Virus record (IMG/VR): IMGVR_UViG_3300029288_007060
Span: 1-64,000 of that record
Origin: a virus
Lineage: Duplodnaviria > Caudoviricetes
Length of the DNA stretch: 64,000 nt
Strand: one strand, 5' to 3'
Below, one piece after another: positions 26,939-37,285 of this stretch; positions within the stretch are counted from its first letter, which is position 1, and each line of letters starts with the position of its first letter. The position numbers were made by a program, and so were the translations under genes. Below the pieces are notes generated by a model. The model ran no database searches. It saw only the letters and a program-made list of their open reading frames with translations, and was not told where the DNA came from.

Positions 26939-27887
26939 CTCCTATAGGAATATTATTATCAATTAATTTTTGTCTAATTGCGCCAATATCATAAATATCA
27001 TCCAGATACGAAAATCGTATAAAATACTTTATATCGTCATTGTGTTGTGATATTTTATCATCTTTAATGTCATCTAGCTTTTTTGTTTTTTCAAATATTT
27101 TCTCTGCGGTTTTGGCGCCACAGCCACCAAAATTAACTGGGTAAAAATGTCCTTGGCCATCGTATTCTATTGCAATTTTTAATCCAAATATAAATATATC
27201 TATCTCCTGTCTTCCGCCGTCATCTGTGTTTAACCAAACAAATCCACGATATTTTTGTTCAATAGAAAATCCAGTATAAAGTTTTTTAATATTTTCGGCC
27301 AATACATTTTGTGATTTGTCTCTACATCTGGGGCACCATTTGTTTTGATGTAATATAATACTTGCCACTGTTTTCCATCTGTGTCCATTTTTGCATTCTA
27401 ATTCTATGATGCTTTTGGCATTTTTATATTCTGTTGACAAGCATTTTCCGCCAAATTTTGATGCTGCTTTGCGACAATCTTCAATAGAAAGTCTTGTTTT
27501 ATCTAAAGCACATTCTGGGCACCATTGTAATTGATTTTTTATATTATCTAAACAAGCGCTCCAGCGATGCCCTTTATCACACTGCCATTCTAATTTGGTA
27601 TGCCAGTTGTCGTATTTTTCTGACAGACATTTTCCACCCCTTTCGGTAGCAATTTGTTTTGCAATTTCTATACCAAGTCTTAAACTTTCAATATGGCATT
27701 GCCAACACCATCTTCCGTCATACATGCCTTTCCATGGTGCTTCCCAAATATGTCCGTTTGAGCATTTCCATTTTATAGAAATTTTGGGGTTGATATACTC
27801 TTCTGACAAACAATATCCGTCATGACTTTTAGCATATTCTTTTAAAATCTCTATTGTTATTTTCCTGCTCACCCACAACACTCCCAA
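26925..27887 (-). CDS. putative homing endonuclease: tandem Zn-ribbon repeats plus PD-(D/E)XK/Vsr-like domain
   Basis: Three GxCLSxxY..CxxGHxW..WCxxC repeats; EIDIF..AIEYDGQGH. Confidence 0.8.
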   Translation of the reverse strand: MGVLWVSRKITIEILKEYAKSHDGYCLSEEYINPKISIKWKCSNGHIWEAPWKGMYDGRWCWQCHIESLRLGIEIAKQIATERGGKCLSEKYDNWHTKLEWQCDKGHRWSACLDNIKNQLQWCPECALDKTRLSIEDCRKAASKFGGKCLSTEYKNAKSIIELECKNGHRWKTVASIILHQNKWCPRCRDKSQNVLAENIKKLYTGFSIEQKYRGFVWLNTDDGGRQEIDIFIFGLKIAIEYDGQGHFYPVNFGGCGAKTAEKIFEKTKKLDDIKDDKISQHNDDIKYFIRFSYLDDIYDIGAIRQKLIDNNIPIGDENV

Positions 27888-27896
27888 TAAATGTGC

Positions 27897-28085
27897 TTAT
27901 GACTTACCAGAGGCATATTTGTTATTAATTCCTATTCTATAGACCGTAACACGAGATATACCAAATTTGCCAGCTATATCAGAAGGAGTAAATCCATCAT
28001 TATAGAGCTTCCAGATTTCTTTTTTTTGCTCCATAGTAAGCTTATAATTAGCCTTCTTTCTCATTTTCGTTTCACCTGTTACCAT
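27897..28085 (-). CDS. small helix-turn-helix protein
   Basis: IWKLYNDGFTPSDIAGKFGISRVTVYRI. Confidence 0.75.
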   Translation of the reverse strand: MVTGETKMRKKANYKLTMEQKKEIWKLYNDGFTPSDIAGKFGISRVTVYRIGINNKYASGKS

Positions 28086-28233
28086 CGTTTCAGCCTCATA
28101 CCATATACAAAATTATTGATAGATTTTTTTAAATTTATTTTATACTCTAATGTCTTGTTTTCGTTAGACTTTATGAAATTTCACCTGATAGATTTTTATT
28201 TTCCTGTATCAGGTGAAATTTAAAATATCCTAT

Positions 28234-30162
28234 TTATGTTGTCCTTGACATTAGAGATGATACGTACCGCAATAATTGATTAGCTGATTCAGGTGTATAT
28301 CCATGGAACTTGACCAGGGTATCAATAACGCTATTTAATTTTTGAAGGGCTTCCGGATCAGGATTTCGCGTAGACACGGTCAATCGAATTACATCCGACC
28401 TCTCGTCGAAAAGCTGCTTCTCTAATGCTTCCCGCAATTTAGCATGCGACTTATAGTCGAATTCTCCCTTCTCGTCTTTGGTCTTTATTACTTTTCGATA
28501 TACTTCTTGACGAAAACTATCCTTAGCGCTTTCACTTACCCCAACTTTTTCTTCTATATTTCGCATAAGATATTTGTCTGGCTCATGATGATCGCCAAAT
28601 TCGTCTTCGACGCTTGTATCATCCAAATAGGCCCCCACATTATCGATATAATTGTTTAAAAGATTTTTAATCTCTCCCTCAAAATTTAAGAAGAAAGCCT
28701 TTTGTACTTCTGATTTGGCCATCTTAGTATATTCTTCTACGACCACAGTAAGCAAGTCATCGTACTTAGCGATGTCTTCTTTGGTTAATTTAGCATTGCT
28801 TTCAAAATTTTCTTTAATTGAACGTAGTACATCGATGGGAGTAATGCAACGCAAATCATATTTGGTAAAACAATCTGCAATACAATTAAATATATATCTA
28901 GGAGATATGCCAATCATTCCTTCTCGCTCTGTCTCTTCCTTTATATCTTTAACGTCTTCGGCAGTAAAGCCCTCTACATCTTGTCCATTGTATAGTTGCA
29001 TTTTTTTCAGCAGTGTAAGATTCTGGTCCTTTCCTGCTTCCAATCGGCTTAGCACAGCAAACATAGACGCAACTTTCAAGGTCAATGGAGCAATATGAAT
29101 GCCGCCAAAGTCTGCCTCGGATACCAATTTGTCATAAATTTTAACTTCATCATTAAGAATCATATTATAGGGACACTTACAAACAATAATTCTGTCATGT
29201 AGCGCCTCTAATTTCTGGTCTGCCAGGAACCTGCGATATTCCGTTTCATTGGTGTGTGCAATAATAAACTCATCAGCATAAATAAGAGGAAACCTTTCTG
29301 TTTTTATTGTCTTCTCTTGGGCCAAGGTTAATAGCACATAAAGGAATTTTGGATCCACCTTTAACATCTCTATCATTTCCATAATTCCACGATTAGCGAC
29401 ATTTAGTTCACCATCAAACTTATAGGCCCGAGGATCTGATTCTACTCCAAAATCTCCCAGCTTACTAAAATCTACCGAGCCTACCAATTCTGTAATTGAT
29501 TGGTTTTTAGTATCTCCAGGAAGAAATGTTCCTATTCCCACTCTGCTAGATTCACTAACAAATATCCTCTTAACGGGCATGCTTAACCAATCGTTTTTAT
29601 ATTTGTCAGCGAGATTGAACTGGCATAATGGGCACAATCTGGCCAAAGGATCTATCTTAATCCCATAATCGTCTCTGAATTTTTTCCTCAAAGGATATGG
29701 CACCGCATTTAGAGGATTCTCATGAATTGGGCAATCAGAAATAGAATATAGGGCTCCATTTTCTGTACGAGAATATTCTTCTAATCCATTCTTTAATAAT
29801 GATGCCAATTGGCTCTTTCCCGAAGAAGTTGGTCCGTACAATAATAGAATTCTACGACCGACTTGTGAACCAGAGGCCGCTGCTTTCAAATATTTGACAA
29901 TTTTATGAAGAGCGTCATCCACGCCAAACAAGTCTTTTTTGAAAAAATTATATTTTGGGAATTGTTTATTCTTATCTTTTTCTTCAAACTCTACTCCCGC
30001 ACTCTCTATCATTTCCAACACACGAGCATGCGCCAGTTGCGACAATTTAGAATTCTGCTGAACCATAGGTATATATTCCTTTATAGTTCCGCTCCATTCG
30101 GTTGTATCTAATTTTTCCAAGTACTTTTCAATATCAGAGAAAATATTATTGGATTCGTTCAT
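28234..30162 (-). CDS. prkA: PrkA/YeaG AAA+ serine protein kinase
   Basis: LLYGPTSSGKS, CPIHENPL, ESDPRAY, GELNVANRG, AHTNETEY, ISPRY. Confidence 0.95.
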   Translation of the reverse strand: MNESNNIFSDIEKYLEKLDTTEWSGTIKEYIPMVQQNSKLSQLAHARVLEMIESAGVEFEEKDKNKQFPKYNFFKKDLFGVDDALHKIVKYLKAAASGSQVGRRILLLYGPTSSGKSQLASLLKNGLEEYSRTENGALYSISDCPIHENPLNAVPYPLRKKFRDDYGIKIDPLARLCPLCQFNLADKYKNDWLSMPVKRIFVSESSRVGIGTFLPGDTKNQSITELVGSVDFSKLGDFGVESDPRAYKFDGELNVANRGIMEMIEMLKVDPKFLYVLLTLAQEKTIKTERFPLIYADEFIIAHTNETEYRRFLADQKLEALHDRIIVCKCPYNMILNDEVKIYDKLVSEADFGGIHIAPLTLKVASMFAVLSRLEAGKDQNLTLLKKMQLYNGQDVEGFTAEDVKDIKEETEREGMIGISPRYIFNCIADCFTKYDLRCITPIDVLRSIKENFESNAKLTKEDIAKYDDLLTVVVEEYTKMAKSEVQKAFFLNFEGEIKNLLNNYIDNVGAYLDDTSVEDEFGDHHEPDKYLMRNIEEKVGVSESAKDSFRQEVYRKVIKTKDEKGEFDYKSHAKLREALEKQLFDERSDVIRLTVSTRNPDPEALQKLNSVIDTLVKFHGYTPESANQLLRYVSSLMSRTT

Positions 30163-30240
30163 TTAGGCCTCCGGTAGATTTTTAGAATTACAGAACTGCA
30201 TACTATTAATAATACACCCATTTATAATAAAAATATACAA

Positions 30241-30495
30241 TTATTCTCCACAAATGTCAAAAAACACATCGTCGTTTCCGCCTGCTATTTGGTCATTTAT
30301 CCTTTTTGCATCTGGTAAGATTTTCTCATTGTATAGAGTTTTCGCATCTAGACTAGTTCTGCCAAAACACACAGATATTTCTTTTTCACATTTTTCTCCA
30401 CACTCATCACACAAAATATCATGGTCCTTTCCGCTAGTTACTAATTTTTCAATTACACTAAGACACTTGGGGCATTTAAATAAAAAAAGTGGCAT
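30241..30495 (-). CDS. FmdB-family zinc ribbon protein
   Basis: MPxFxFKCxxC...CxxCG. Confidence 0.8.
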   Translation of the reverse strand: MPLFLFKCPKCLSVIEKLVTSGKDHDILCDECGEKCEKEISVCFGRTSLDAKTLYNEKILPDAKRINDQIAGGNDDVFFDICGE

Positions 30496-30498
30496 ATT

Positions 30499-30687
30499 TT
30501 AGACTCCGTATTTTGATGCTACTATCATAGCATCACTTCCTTTTATAGTTAAAAATTCTTTAAAATCTTCGTTGTGCAATATCTTGGATTTAAAGGCTGG
30601 GTCGGTAATATCTATCACAACCCTTACCTCTCCGCTGTCCTTGTTCCACTCTATTCTTATTAGTTCTCCGACCTTACATAAGTTCAT
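30499..30687 (-). CDS. hypothetical protein
   Basis: ORF track; start adjusted to reduce overlap. Confidence 0.65.
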   Translation of the reverse strand: MNLCKVGELIRIEWNKDSGEVRVVIDITDPAFKSKILHNEDFKEFLTIKGSDAMIVASKYGV

Positions 30688-32086
30688 TGTCACCACCGGT
30701 TTCTTCGGTAAAGGTCGCGTCAACCATATCCACGACACGCATTTTTGCAAAGTCTTTCATTAGCGTAAAAGAGCCTTTTTCTCCATCTCTCATTTTGGTT
30801 ATATAAATGGGCATATCTAATCTAGTATATTCGTCGTCTCCCCTGTTGCCTATTTGCAATATAATATTTGCATTTTGAGGTATCATATCACTTCTCGCAA
30901 CTCTGTCAGTAGAATATTGTTGCTTCGAGGGGTCTTTTGGTCTATTTACTTGCGTTGCTGTTATTACTGGAATTTGGTATACTCTGGCGAATTCATGCAA
31001 CTCTTCTGCTATATTCCCTAATGCTAGCCAGTCAGAAGTTTGCTCTGAGCTTGATTTCATAATACCTATATAATCGACAACAACAATGTCAAAATTAATA
31101 CCAGTTGACGCTTTCATTTCCAAGTATTTTAATTCTATTTCCCTTACCGTTATTCCACGGGGCATATCAATTATATGAAATTTTTTATTATATTTTGCCT
31201 GAAACCTCAATGCTTTAAAATATTTTTCCTTATCTTCGGAGCTTAATTTTCCGTCTCGTATTTCTCGATATAAAACTTGTGCTAGACACGAATCTATTCT
31301 TCTTTCCAGACCGTCTTTTGGCATTTCTAATGTAAAAAACAAAACATTGTGCCCTTTTACTAATTCATCTGGCGGCATTTCCATAGGATTCTGTTTTCCA
31401 AGATACGCGTTTATTGCCATATTCATCATAACCACAGATTTTCCGGAACTAGTGGCTCCACCAATTATAAGTAATTCTCCGGGATGCATCCCATTAGTTA
31501 TACGGTCTAATTCTGAAAATCCACTATAAATTCCTCTTGCCGTTTCTGGATTCGCCTCTATCTCCTTATATTTTTGAAGTCTGGTTCTAGCACTAGCATC
31601 TAATGACCCTTCTTGGTAAGTTTTTGACTTATTAATAGAGTCGATAGTTACAACTGCGTCTTTTATTATTTGATTTACTTTTTCTATTCTATTATCGTCA
31701 TTTTCTCCGTCTCTTATTAACTTTATAGCATTGGACACACATGATCTTTGGACCTGGTCGTTGAATCTTGTTTTTAACTTTTCCAAATACCATTTAAATT
31801 CCGACTCATTTGTTTCTAACGCAAGAATGTTTTCAAAGAGTTCTTTTCCGGCCTTTATAAAACTTTCCTGTGAATATTTTTTTTCTAAGTATTCCGAGAT
31901 TATAGATAATGTTGGCAATTCTTTAAATTTTGGATTATTAAAATAGTCCATTATTGCGATATACAGCCACTGTATGTCTATATGAAAATATTCATAATTT
32001 ACAGAATTGGATAAATCCATTGCGAATTGTTTGTTGTGCACCGCATACGATAATATAATTTTGTCTAGATTCAAACTTGTATGCAT
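30674..32086 (-). CDS. dnaB: DnaB-like replicative helicase
   Basis: SGFSELD, GATSSGKS, FTLEM, VVDYIG, ATQVNR, KMRDG. Confidence 0.92.
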   Translation of the reverse strand: MHTSLNLDKIILSYAVHNKQFAMDLSNSVNYEYFHIDIQWLYIAIMDYFNNPKFKELPTLSIISEYLEKKYSQESFIKAGKELFENILALETNESEFKWYLEKLKTRFNDQVQRSCVSNAIKLIRDGENDDNRIEKVNQIIKDAVVTIDSINKSKTYQEGSLDASARTRLQKYKEIEANPETARGIYSGFSELDRITNGMHPGELLIIGGATSSGKSVVMMNMAINAYLGKQNPMEMPPDELVKGHNVLFFTLEMPKDGLERRIDSCLAQVLYREIRDGKLSSEDKEKYFKALRFQAKYNKKFHIIDMPRGITVREIELKYLEMKASTGINFDIVVVDYIGIMKSSSEQTSDWLALGNIAEELHEFARVYQIPVITATQVNRPKDPSKQQYSTDRVARSDMIPQNANIILQIGNRGDDEYTRLDMPIYITKMRDGEKGSFTLMKDFAKMRVVDMVDATFTEETGGDNELM

Positions 32087-32090
32087 GTTG

Positions 32091-32753
32091 TTAGCCCTTG
32101 CTCTTTCTAAAGTCCGTACCGATAATCGGATATACTGTTAAGTATTGGTTATTTAATGATTCTATGCTCTGAATACATGGCCCATAAAACATGTTGGTGA
32201 GCCCGTCTGTTTCGTTGGAACAAATAATCGTAGGCAACATATTGTGTGATCTGTGTCTAAACACATTTTCATATATTCCGCTAAAAAGTTCTTTTACATG
32301 GTCACTTATAAAAAAACGCGAGTCTAGCTCGTCTATAACCAAAAAATCTACATTTTTTGATTTCTCTCTAATATCATATTTCGAATTCATTATTTCGTTA
32401 AACAAGTCTGCGGCGGTACAATATAACACAGAAAAATTATTTTTGATGGCCCTTTTTAAGATTATGATTGATGCCATAGTCTTGCCTGTTCCCTGCGTTC
32501 CTGCAAAACATATAGACTTGCCTTCGTAGTAATTCTTATTTAAATTATCAGCATAATCCTTAACCAAATCTTTGATGGTTGCCGTATTATGAAAATCTTT
32601 GAAGTTTAATAGCCAGTATCCAACCGGTATATTTGATGACTCCATAATATCTATATAGCTAAATTTTTTTGTACACTCAATGCATGGGCCAGTACACCCA
32701 TGCATTGTGCTAATCTTGCCCTTTATGTATTCTTTTTTCTTTTGATTAATCAT
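32091..32753 (-). CDS. DnaC/IstB-like ATPase (helicase loader)
   Basis: GTQGTGKT, LVIDEL, R..PTIICSN; adjacent to DnaB. Confidence 0.85.
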   Translation of the reverse strand: MINQKKKEYIKGKISTMHGCTGPCIECTKKFSYIDIMESSNIPVGYWLLNFKDFHNTATIKDLVKDYADNLNKNYYEGKSICFAGTQGTGKTMASIIILKRAIKNNFSVLYCTAADLFNEIMNSKYDIREKSKNVDFLVIDELDSRFFISDHVKELFSGIYENVFRHRSHNMLPTIICSNETDGLTNMFYGPCIQSIESLNNQYLTVYPIIGTDFRKSKG

Positions 32754-32756
32754 TCG

Positions 32757-33341
32757 CTATTCTTTCTTTTTAAAACCCTGAACCCTTGTTATTAGTTCGG
32801 ATGGAGACAGTTCTTTTGACATAAAATCATTCATAGAAAATGTATTTTGCGCAGTCTCCACAACTTCATCAGTATTTATATACACTTCTCCTGGATAATA
32901 ATCAATAGATTTTTGTGTTCTATTCGTCAATGCGTTCTTTACATCAATGTTGGAAGCCAGTATATTTGCTATAGTGTCATTCCATACAGAGATATCCAAT
33001 GAGGGCGGAAGAAATATAGAAGTTATCTTGTCATTATTTACAAAAATATTTAATATATTGTCATGAGAAAGTTGATTCTTTGGTGGTTGTGGGGTAGGCC
33101 CCAGTGGCTGTTTTTCTTGTCTATTTTCATGCTTGGATATGATTTTATTTTCTAAAGGCAATGATGATATTGTACAATATTTTACATTGTCCCTTGGAAT
33201 AACCCATATATATGTTGTTTCAGAGTTCTGTACGTATAATTCTCCTTCAGTTACTTCTATGAGAATTCCATAAATCGATGACTCGTCTTTATCAGATGAT
33301 TTTAAATGAACTTCTATCATATTACCTATTAGATTTTTCAT
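32757..33341 (-). CDS. hypothetical protein
   Basis: AGGAG RBS. Confidence 0.8.
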   Translation of the reverse strand: MKNLIGNMIEVHLKSSDKDESSIYGILIEVTEGELYVQNSETTYIWVIPRDNVKYCTISSLPLENKIISKHENRQEKQPLGPTPQPPKNQLSHDNILNIFVNNDKITSIFLPPSLDISVWNDTIANILASNIDVKNALTNRTQKSIDYYPGEVYINTDEVVETAQNTFSMNDFMSKELSPSELITRVQGFKKKE

Positions 33342-34067
33342 TTAATTTTCTCCTATATTTAATTTGCCATTTGTTATTAATCCCATTTGAGATGCGACAT
33401 CTAAGACTTTTCTTTCCAGGCCATCATCTTTGATATTTTTATCATAATATTTCACATGATTTAACAAGGCTCCCAAATCATTCATTGTTCCCAGCTCCAT
33501 GGATTTAAAAATGTCTGGAAAATTAGTTTCACAATGCTTTATAAAATTTTCTGGTAGTTTTGAGGCTCTAGTTAAGATATGCTTTTTTGCACAATATATT
33601 TTGTACTTTTGTATAAGCGCGGGAGTTAGAATGTATCCGAAATTAGTAATTGTTGTGCTCTTACTAATTCCTTTGCCAAATATCCAAATTATATATTTTC
33701 TTACATCGTGTATATTATTGTCAAATGCGGCAAGAAGAATCCAAGCATCCCTGCATTCTTTTATACTGTATGGATTTGGACTTTTTGGAATAAATGTATA
33801 GTCGATTTTATAAAATTCTTTATAACAAAAACAAAAAATTCCTAAGATACAACTAACTGTATTCTTAGGATTATTCCAATTTTCTTTTGTTTTATATAAT
33901 TCTAGATATTCCTCATAGAATTTTTTCCATGTTGTGTCTTTATGACCGCAAGTATCGCATATAAAAATTGGGATTATTCCGTCAAAAGACAGATTATATT
34001 TGCCGAGACATTTTGTCCCGAGAACTGTTTGCGCACAGGCACTTGGCTTTTTCCTGGTCTTTTTCAT
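33342..34067 (-). CDS. hypothetical protein in replication module
   Basis: GAGGAG RBS; N-terminal Cys cluster. Confidence 0.8.
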   Translation of the reverse strand: MKKTRKKPSACAQTVLGTKCLGKYNLSFDGIIPIFICDTCGHKDTTWKKFYEEYLELYKTKENWNNPKNTVSCILGIFCFCYKEFYKIDYTFIPKSPNPYSIKECRDAWILLAAFDNNIHDVRKYIIWIFGKGISKSTTITNFGYILTPALIQKYKIYCAKKHILTRASKLPENFIKHCETNFPDIFKSMELGTMNDLGALLNHVKYYDKNIKDDGLERKVLDVASQMGLITNGKLNIGEN

Positions 34068-34114
34068 CTTTGTCTCCTCAGTTTAAATATTACACTTTTG
34101 GGAGATAAAATTAC

Positions 34115-35653
34115 TTACCAAGAAGAACTGTCTGTTGCAATTTTTTTAGATTTAGTTGATTTCTTAGGAATTTCTTTTTCTTTGGGTCTCTCTGGGAGTT
34201 TTATCTTAAACCCAGATTCCGTTCTATATATCTTAATTCTTTCGGCCGTATGATTTAATAAATATTTAGCATTATCGATAAAATCTACTACGATTGCATC
34301 CTTCTTGTTTGGGAATGGTCTAATTACTCTCCCAAGACGCTGTAAGGCCCGACCTGACGATTTTCCTGACCCAGCCAATATCAATGCGTCCAGAATCGGC
34401 AAGTCGATTCCTTGGTCAAATATCACACTTGCTATGATTATTTGTATGTCGCCTTTTATAAAATCTTTACGAATCCTATTTCGTTCGGAAGACTCTACAT
34501 CTCCTTTGGCAAAATAAGTTACATACTTATCCTCCAATTGTTCTAATAATATATCGCCATGCTTTATATTTTTAACAAGAATTAATACTTTTCTTCCGGC
34601 ATCAACCAACTTAATAGCCGATTTAATAATTTTGTCGTTTCTAACTTCATTTTCTACTATGTATTCTTTATATATAGATTGGTATTGGTCTGAAATATTG
34701 TCTTTTTTAGGAACATCAACAAAATAAATTGTGGGTGCCACTAAATAATTGTCTTTTATAAGCTCTGATGCTGTTATTTCTATTATAGTTTTCCCACAAA
34801 CAGATTCTAATAATAAGTCGGCGTTATCATCTCTCCAGGGGGTGCCAGAAAACCCATATTTGTATCTGGCCGAGCAACTTGTATTGTTTATCAGTTGTAA
34901 TGTATCTGTGGCAAGCATATGACACTCATCAAATATTGCCAACTCTGCCTCTTTAATTGCCTTTACTATTCTGTTTTTATTAATAGACTTTACGTCTTCT
35001 TTTCTAGAATAATCCTCGTCGTCCATGGGAACATACTTTTTCCCCAATACGGCAGATGCTGTCCACACGGTGCATATATTGATTCGCTTCACATCTGCTT
35101 GCCCGTCACCAATAATTCCAATTTTCATTTTTAAAACTTTTTCAAACATCTCGTGCATTTGATACAGAAGATCTATACCAGTAACATAAATCATAGTTTT
35201 GACATTCATATTGGCTATAAGTTGGGCTATCATAACAGACTTCCCTGAGCCCGTGGCCGCTTGGATTATTCCACCTTTTTCACGAAGAGCAACTTCTAAA
35301 ACTCTTGTTTGATATTCTCTTATTTCGATATTTTGTATGACTATCGGGTCATTAAATAGAATCTGTTTCCTATTGTCTATTTCCTCAAAAGCCACGCCTT
35401 CATTTTTTAGAATAATTTTGACTTTATTTAATAGCCCTGTATGAAATTTTAATTTATCTGTAAGAAGATGGCGCTTGCCATCCCAACGATTCCATTTTCC
35501 TGCTTTGTTGTCCCACCACCCCTTACGAAATGCTTTAGTATATTCGTGACCCAACACCCAATAACTTAATATTGAGTCTAGGTGTTTAATGATATCGACA
35601 TTGTCAATATCAGCAATCTGACAAAAAACATTATCAATTATTATTTTAATCAT
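34115..35653 (-). CDS. superfamily 2 DNA helicase (UvsW/XPB-like)
   Basis: REYQ, ATGSGKS, DECH, SGTP, GIDLP, QRLGRVIR. Confidence 0.92.
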   Translation of the reverse strand: MIKIIIDNVFCQIADIDNVDIIKHLDSILSYWVLGHEYTKAFRKGWWDNKAGKWNRWDGKRHLLTDKLKFHTGLLNKVKIILKNEGVAFEEIDNRKQILFNDPIVIQNIEIREYQTRVLEVALREKGGIIQAATGSGKSVMIAQLIANMNVKTMIYVTGIDLLYQMHEMFEKVLKMKIGIIGDGQADVKRINICTVWTASAVLGKKYVPMDDEDYSRKEDVKSINKNRIVKAIKEAELAIFDECHMLATDTLQLINNTSCSARYKYGFSGTPWRDDNADLLLESVCGKTIIEITASELIKDNYLVAPTIYFVDVPKKDNISDQYQSIYKEYIVENEVRNDKIIKSAIKLVDAGRKVLILVKNIKHGDILLEQLEDKYVTYFAKGDVESSERNRIRKDFIKGDIQIIIASVIFDQGIDLPILDALILAGSGKSSGRALQRLGRVIRPFPNKKDAIVVDFIDNAKYLLNHTAERIKIYRTESGFKIKLPERPKEKEIPKKSTKSKKIATDSSSW

Positions 35654-35657
35654 ATAA

Positions 35658-35918
35658 TTATTTATTGAGTATATTTTTAAGCCTTGGTTTTCTCCTAACA
35701 TCACGGGGGCTTATTGGGTCCATTTCTACAAATTCATCTGCTTCGATATCATCTTCGCGGGTCCTATCTGTGTCTTTTCTATTTCCCCAAAGCGCTGATT
35801 CTAATTTATGTGCCAATTTTGTGATGCTGCTACCACACCCAAAACCATTTGCTCTCGCGTGAGATGTCTGATACGATAATATTTTAAACTTAATTGCACT
35901 AATGAATTTTTCTAGCAT
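35658..35918 (-). CDS. hypothetical protein
   Basis: GAGGAG RBS. Confidence 0.65.
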   Translation of the reverse strand: MLEKFISAIKFKILSYQTSHARANGFGCGSSITKLAHKLESALWGNRKDTDRTREDDIEADEFVEMDPISPRDVRRKPRLKNILNK

Positions 35919-35919
35919 A

Positions 35920-37284
35920 TTACTTTCTCCTCTTGTCTACAATTCGCTTTGTTAATTTTCCCATGGCCGAATTTTTACTAGTAATTTTCTTATACAATGC
36001 ATCAGTAGCACTAGTTGTTTGCGTCTTTCCCATGTCTATATTCATTGAGGTGGCACGACCATCTTCTTTGGTTTTTAATGCCTCCATATGTTTGTCTGAT
36101 TCTTCTTTTAACTCAGATATACGTGCTTCTGGCAGACCCAACCCACTGAAGAAACTATACACTCTCAACACATCATCATTCCCAGAAACCTCGTATACTC
36201 CTCTAAACACTCTAACAGAATCATTACACAATTTACTTATCATACTGAATCCGTATTCAATATTCGTTGCTGGAACCTTTTGTAATACCTTCTTTGTTCC
36301 CGTAACAATAACCCCTGCCGACCGCGTTTGTGATAAGTCAAAATCACCTGATAAGAGACCGCTTTCTAGCGTAGTAATCATTGCTTCCGCTATCGCAGAA
36401 TCTTCCATATAGTTTGTTAGTTCCATCATACCATAAAGAGCACAGTCTCCAGTTCCTATAAATAATTTCGAAAAATCCATAGGATCCAATGAGGTATATT
36501 GTGATGGATTAACGGAAAGTTGATTAAACAAGTGCAGTGGTTCTACTATAGATTTGTTGGCAACCTTCCAAAATTCGCTCATCGAGAGCCCGGAAAACAT
36601 AAGCTCTATCTTGGCGTTATCCACAACAATTAGCGAATTGATAACATCGTTCTTGGCTAATTGCGCCAACTTTGAAAGAGTTTGTATAGCATTATGCTTG
36701 GCTAACGCATCTTCACTGGCCATAGGAAGAACATATAAAACCGAAAGAGGCTTGCCCATTTGAGACATTAAATTTACCATAGTTTCTGCAGAACCACTAC
36801 CGGTGCCACCACCACCGGCAATCGCTAACATCAAGATTGTGCTATCTGAAAAATTATCATTCAGAACGCCTTCTATGGTTTTTGAATATTCTTCCGCTGC
36901 GGCCCTTCCAGTTTCCAAATCTTTCGCCGCGCCACCCAATGCATAATCTAAAAATAATTTTTGTTTTTCCGGTATATTTATACATTTTAAATCCTGCACA
37001 GCTGTATTAACGGCCAAAACATTATATCCTCTAGCATAAAACTCTTCAGCAATCTTGGACCCGCATTGTCCTACGCCAACAACCCCAATATTCACGCTTC
37101 TGTCTGCCTGTTCTACTAATTCAATCATCTCTTCCTCCATCTTGGATTTTTTAACCCTGATTTTCTTCTCCTTAAGTAATTTTTCGAATTCTTCGTTTTT
37201 CTTTGTGATTTCTTCGTTCGTATTTATATTTGTTGCGTCACCATTATTATCTATCACCACAACTTTGTTAGTATTTTCTTCCAT
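35920..37284 (-). CDS. tubulin/FtsZ-family GTPase (PhuZ/TubZ-like)
   Basis: GVGQCGSKIA, VNTAxxDL, GGAAKD, GGGTGSG signature, VVDN, LDPMD. Confidence 0.92.
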   Translation of the reverse strand: MEENTNKVVVIDNNGDATNINTNEEITKKNEEFEKLLKEKKIRVKKSKMEEEMIELVEQADRSVNIGVVGVGQCGSKIAEEFYARGYNVLAVNTAVQDLKCINIPEKQKLFLDYALGGAAKDLETGRAAAEEYSKTIEGVLNDNFSDSTILMLAIAGGGGTGSGSAETMVNLMSQMGKPLSVLYVLPMASEDALAKHNAIQTLSKLAQLAKNDVINSLIVVDNAKIELMFSGLSMSEFWKVANKSIVEPLHLFNQLSVNPSQYTSLDPMDFSKLFIGTGDCALYGMMELTNYMEDSAIAEAMITTLESGLLSGDFDLSQTRSAGVIVTGTKKVLQKVPATNIEYGFSMISKLCNDSVRVFRGVYEVSGNDDVLRVYSFFSGLGLPEARISELKEESDKHMEALKTKEDGRATSMNIDMGKTQTTSATDALYKKITSKNSAMGKLTKRIVDKRRK

Positions 37285-37285
37285 A

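Noticed and set aside
30163-30201. Leaderless 12-codon uORF ending just before prkA
   Set aside because: Too short to support; prkA has its own GGAGG RBS
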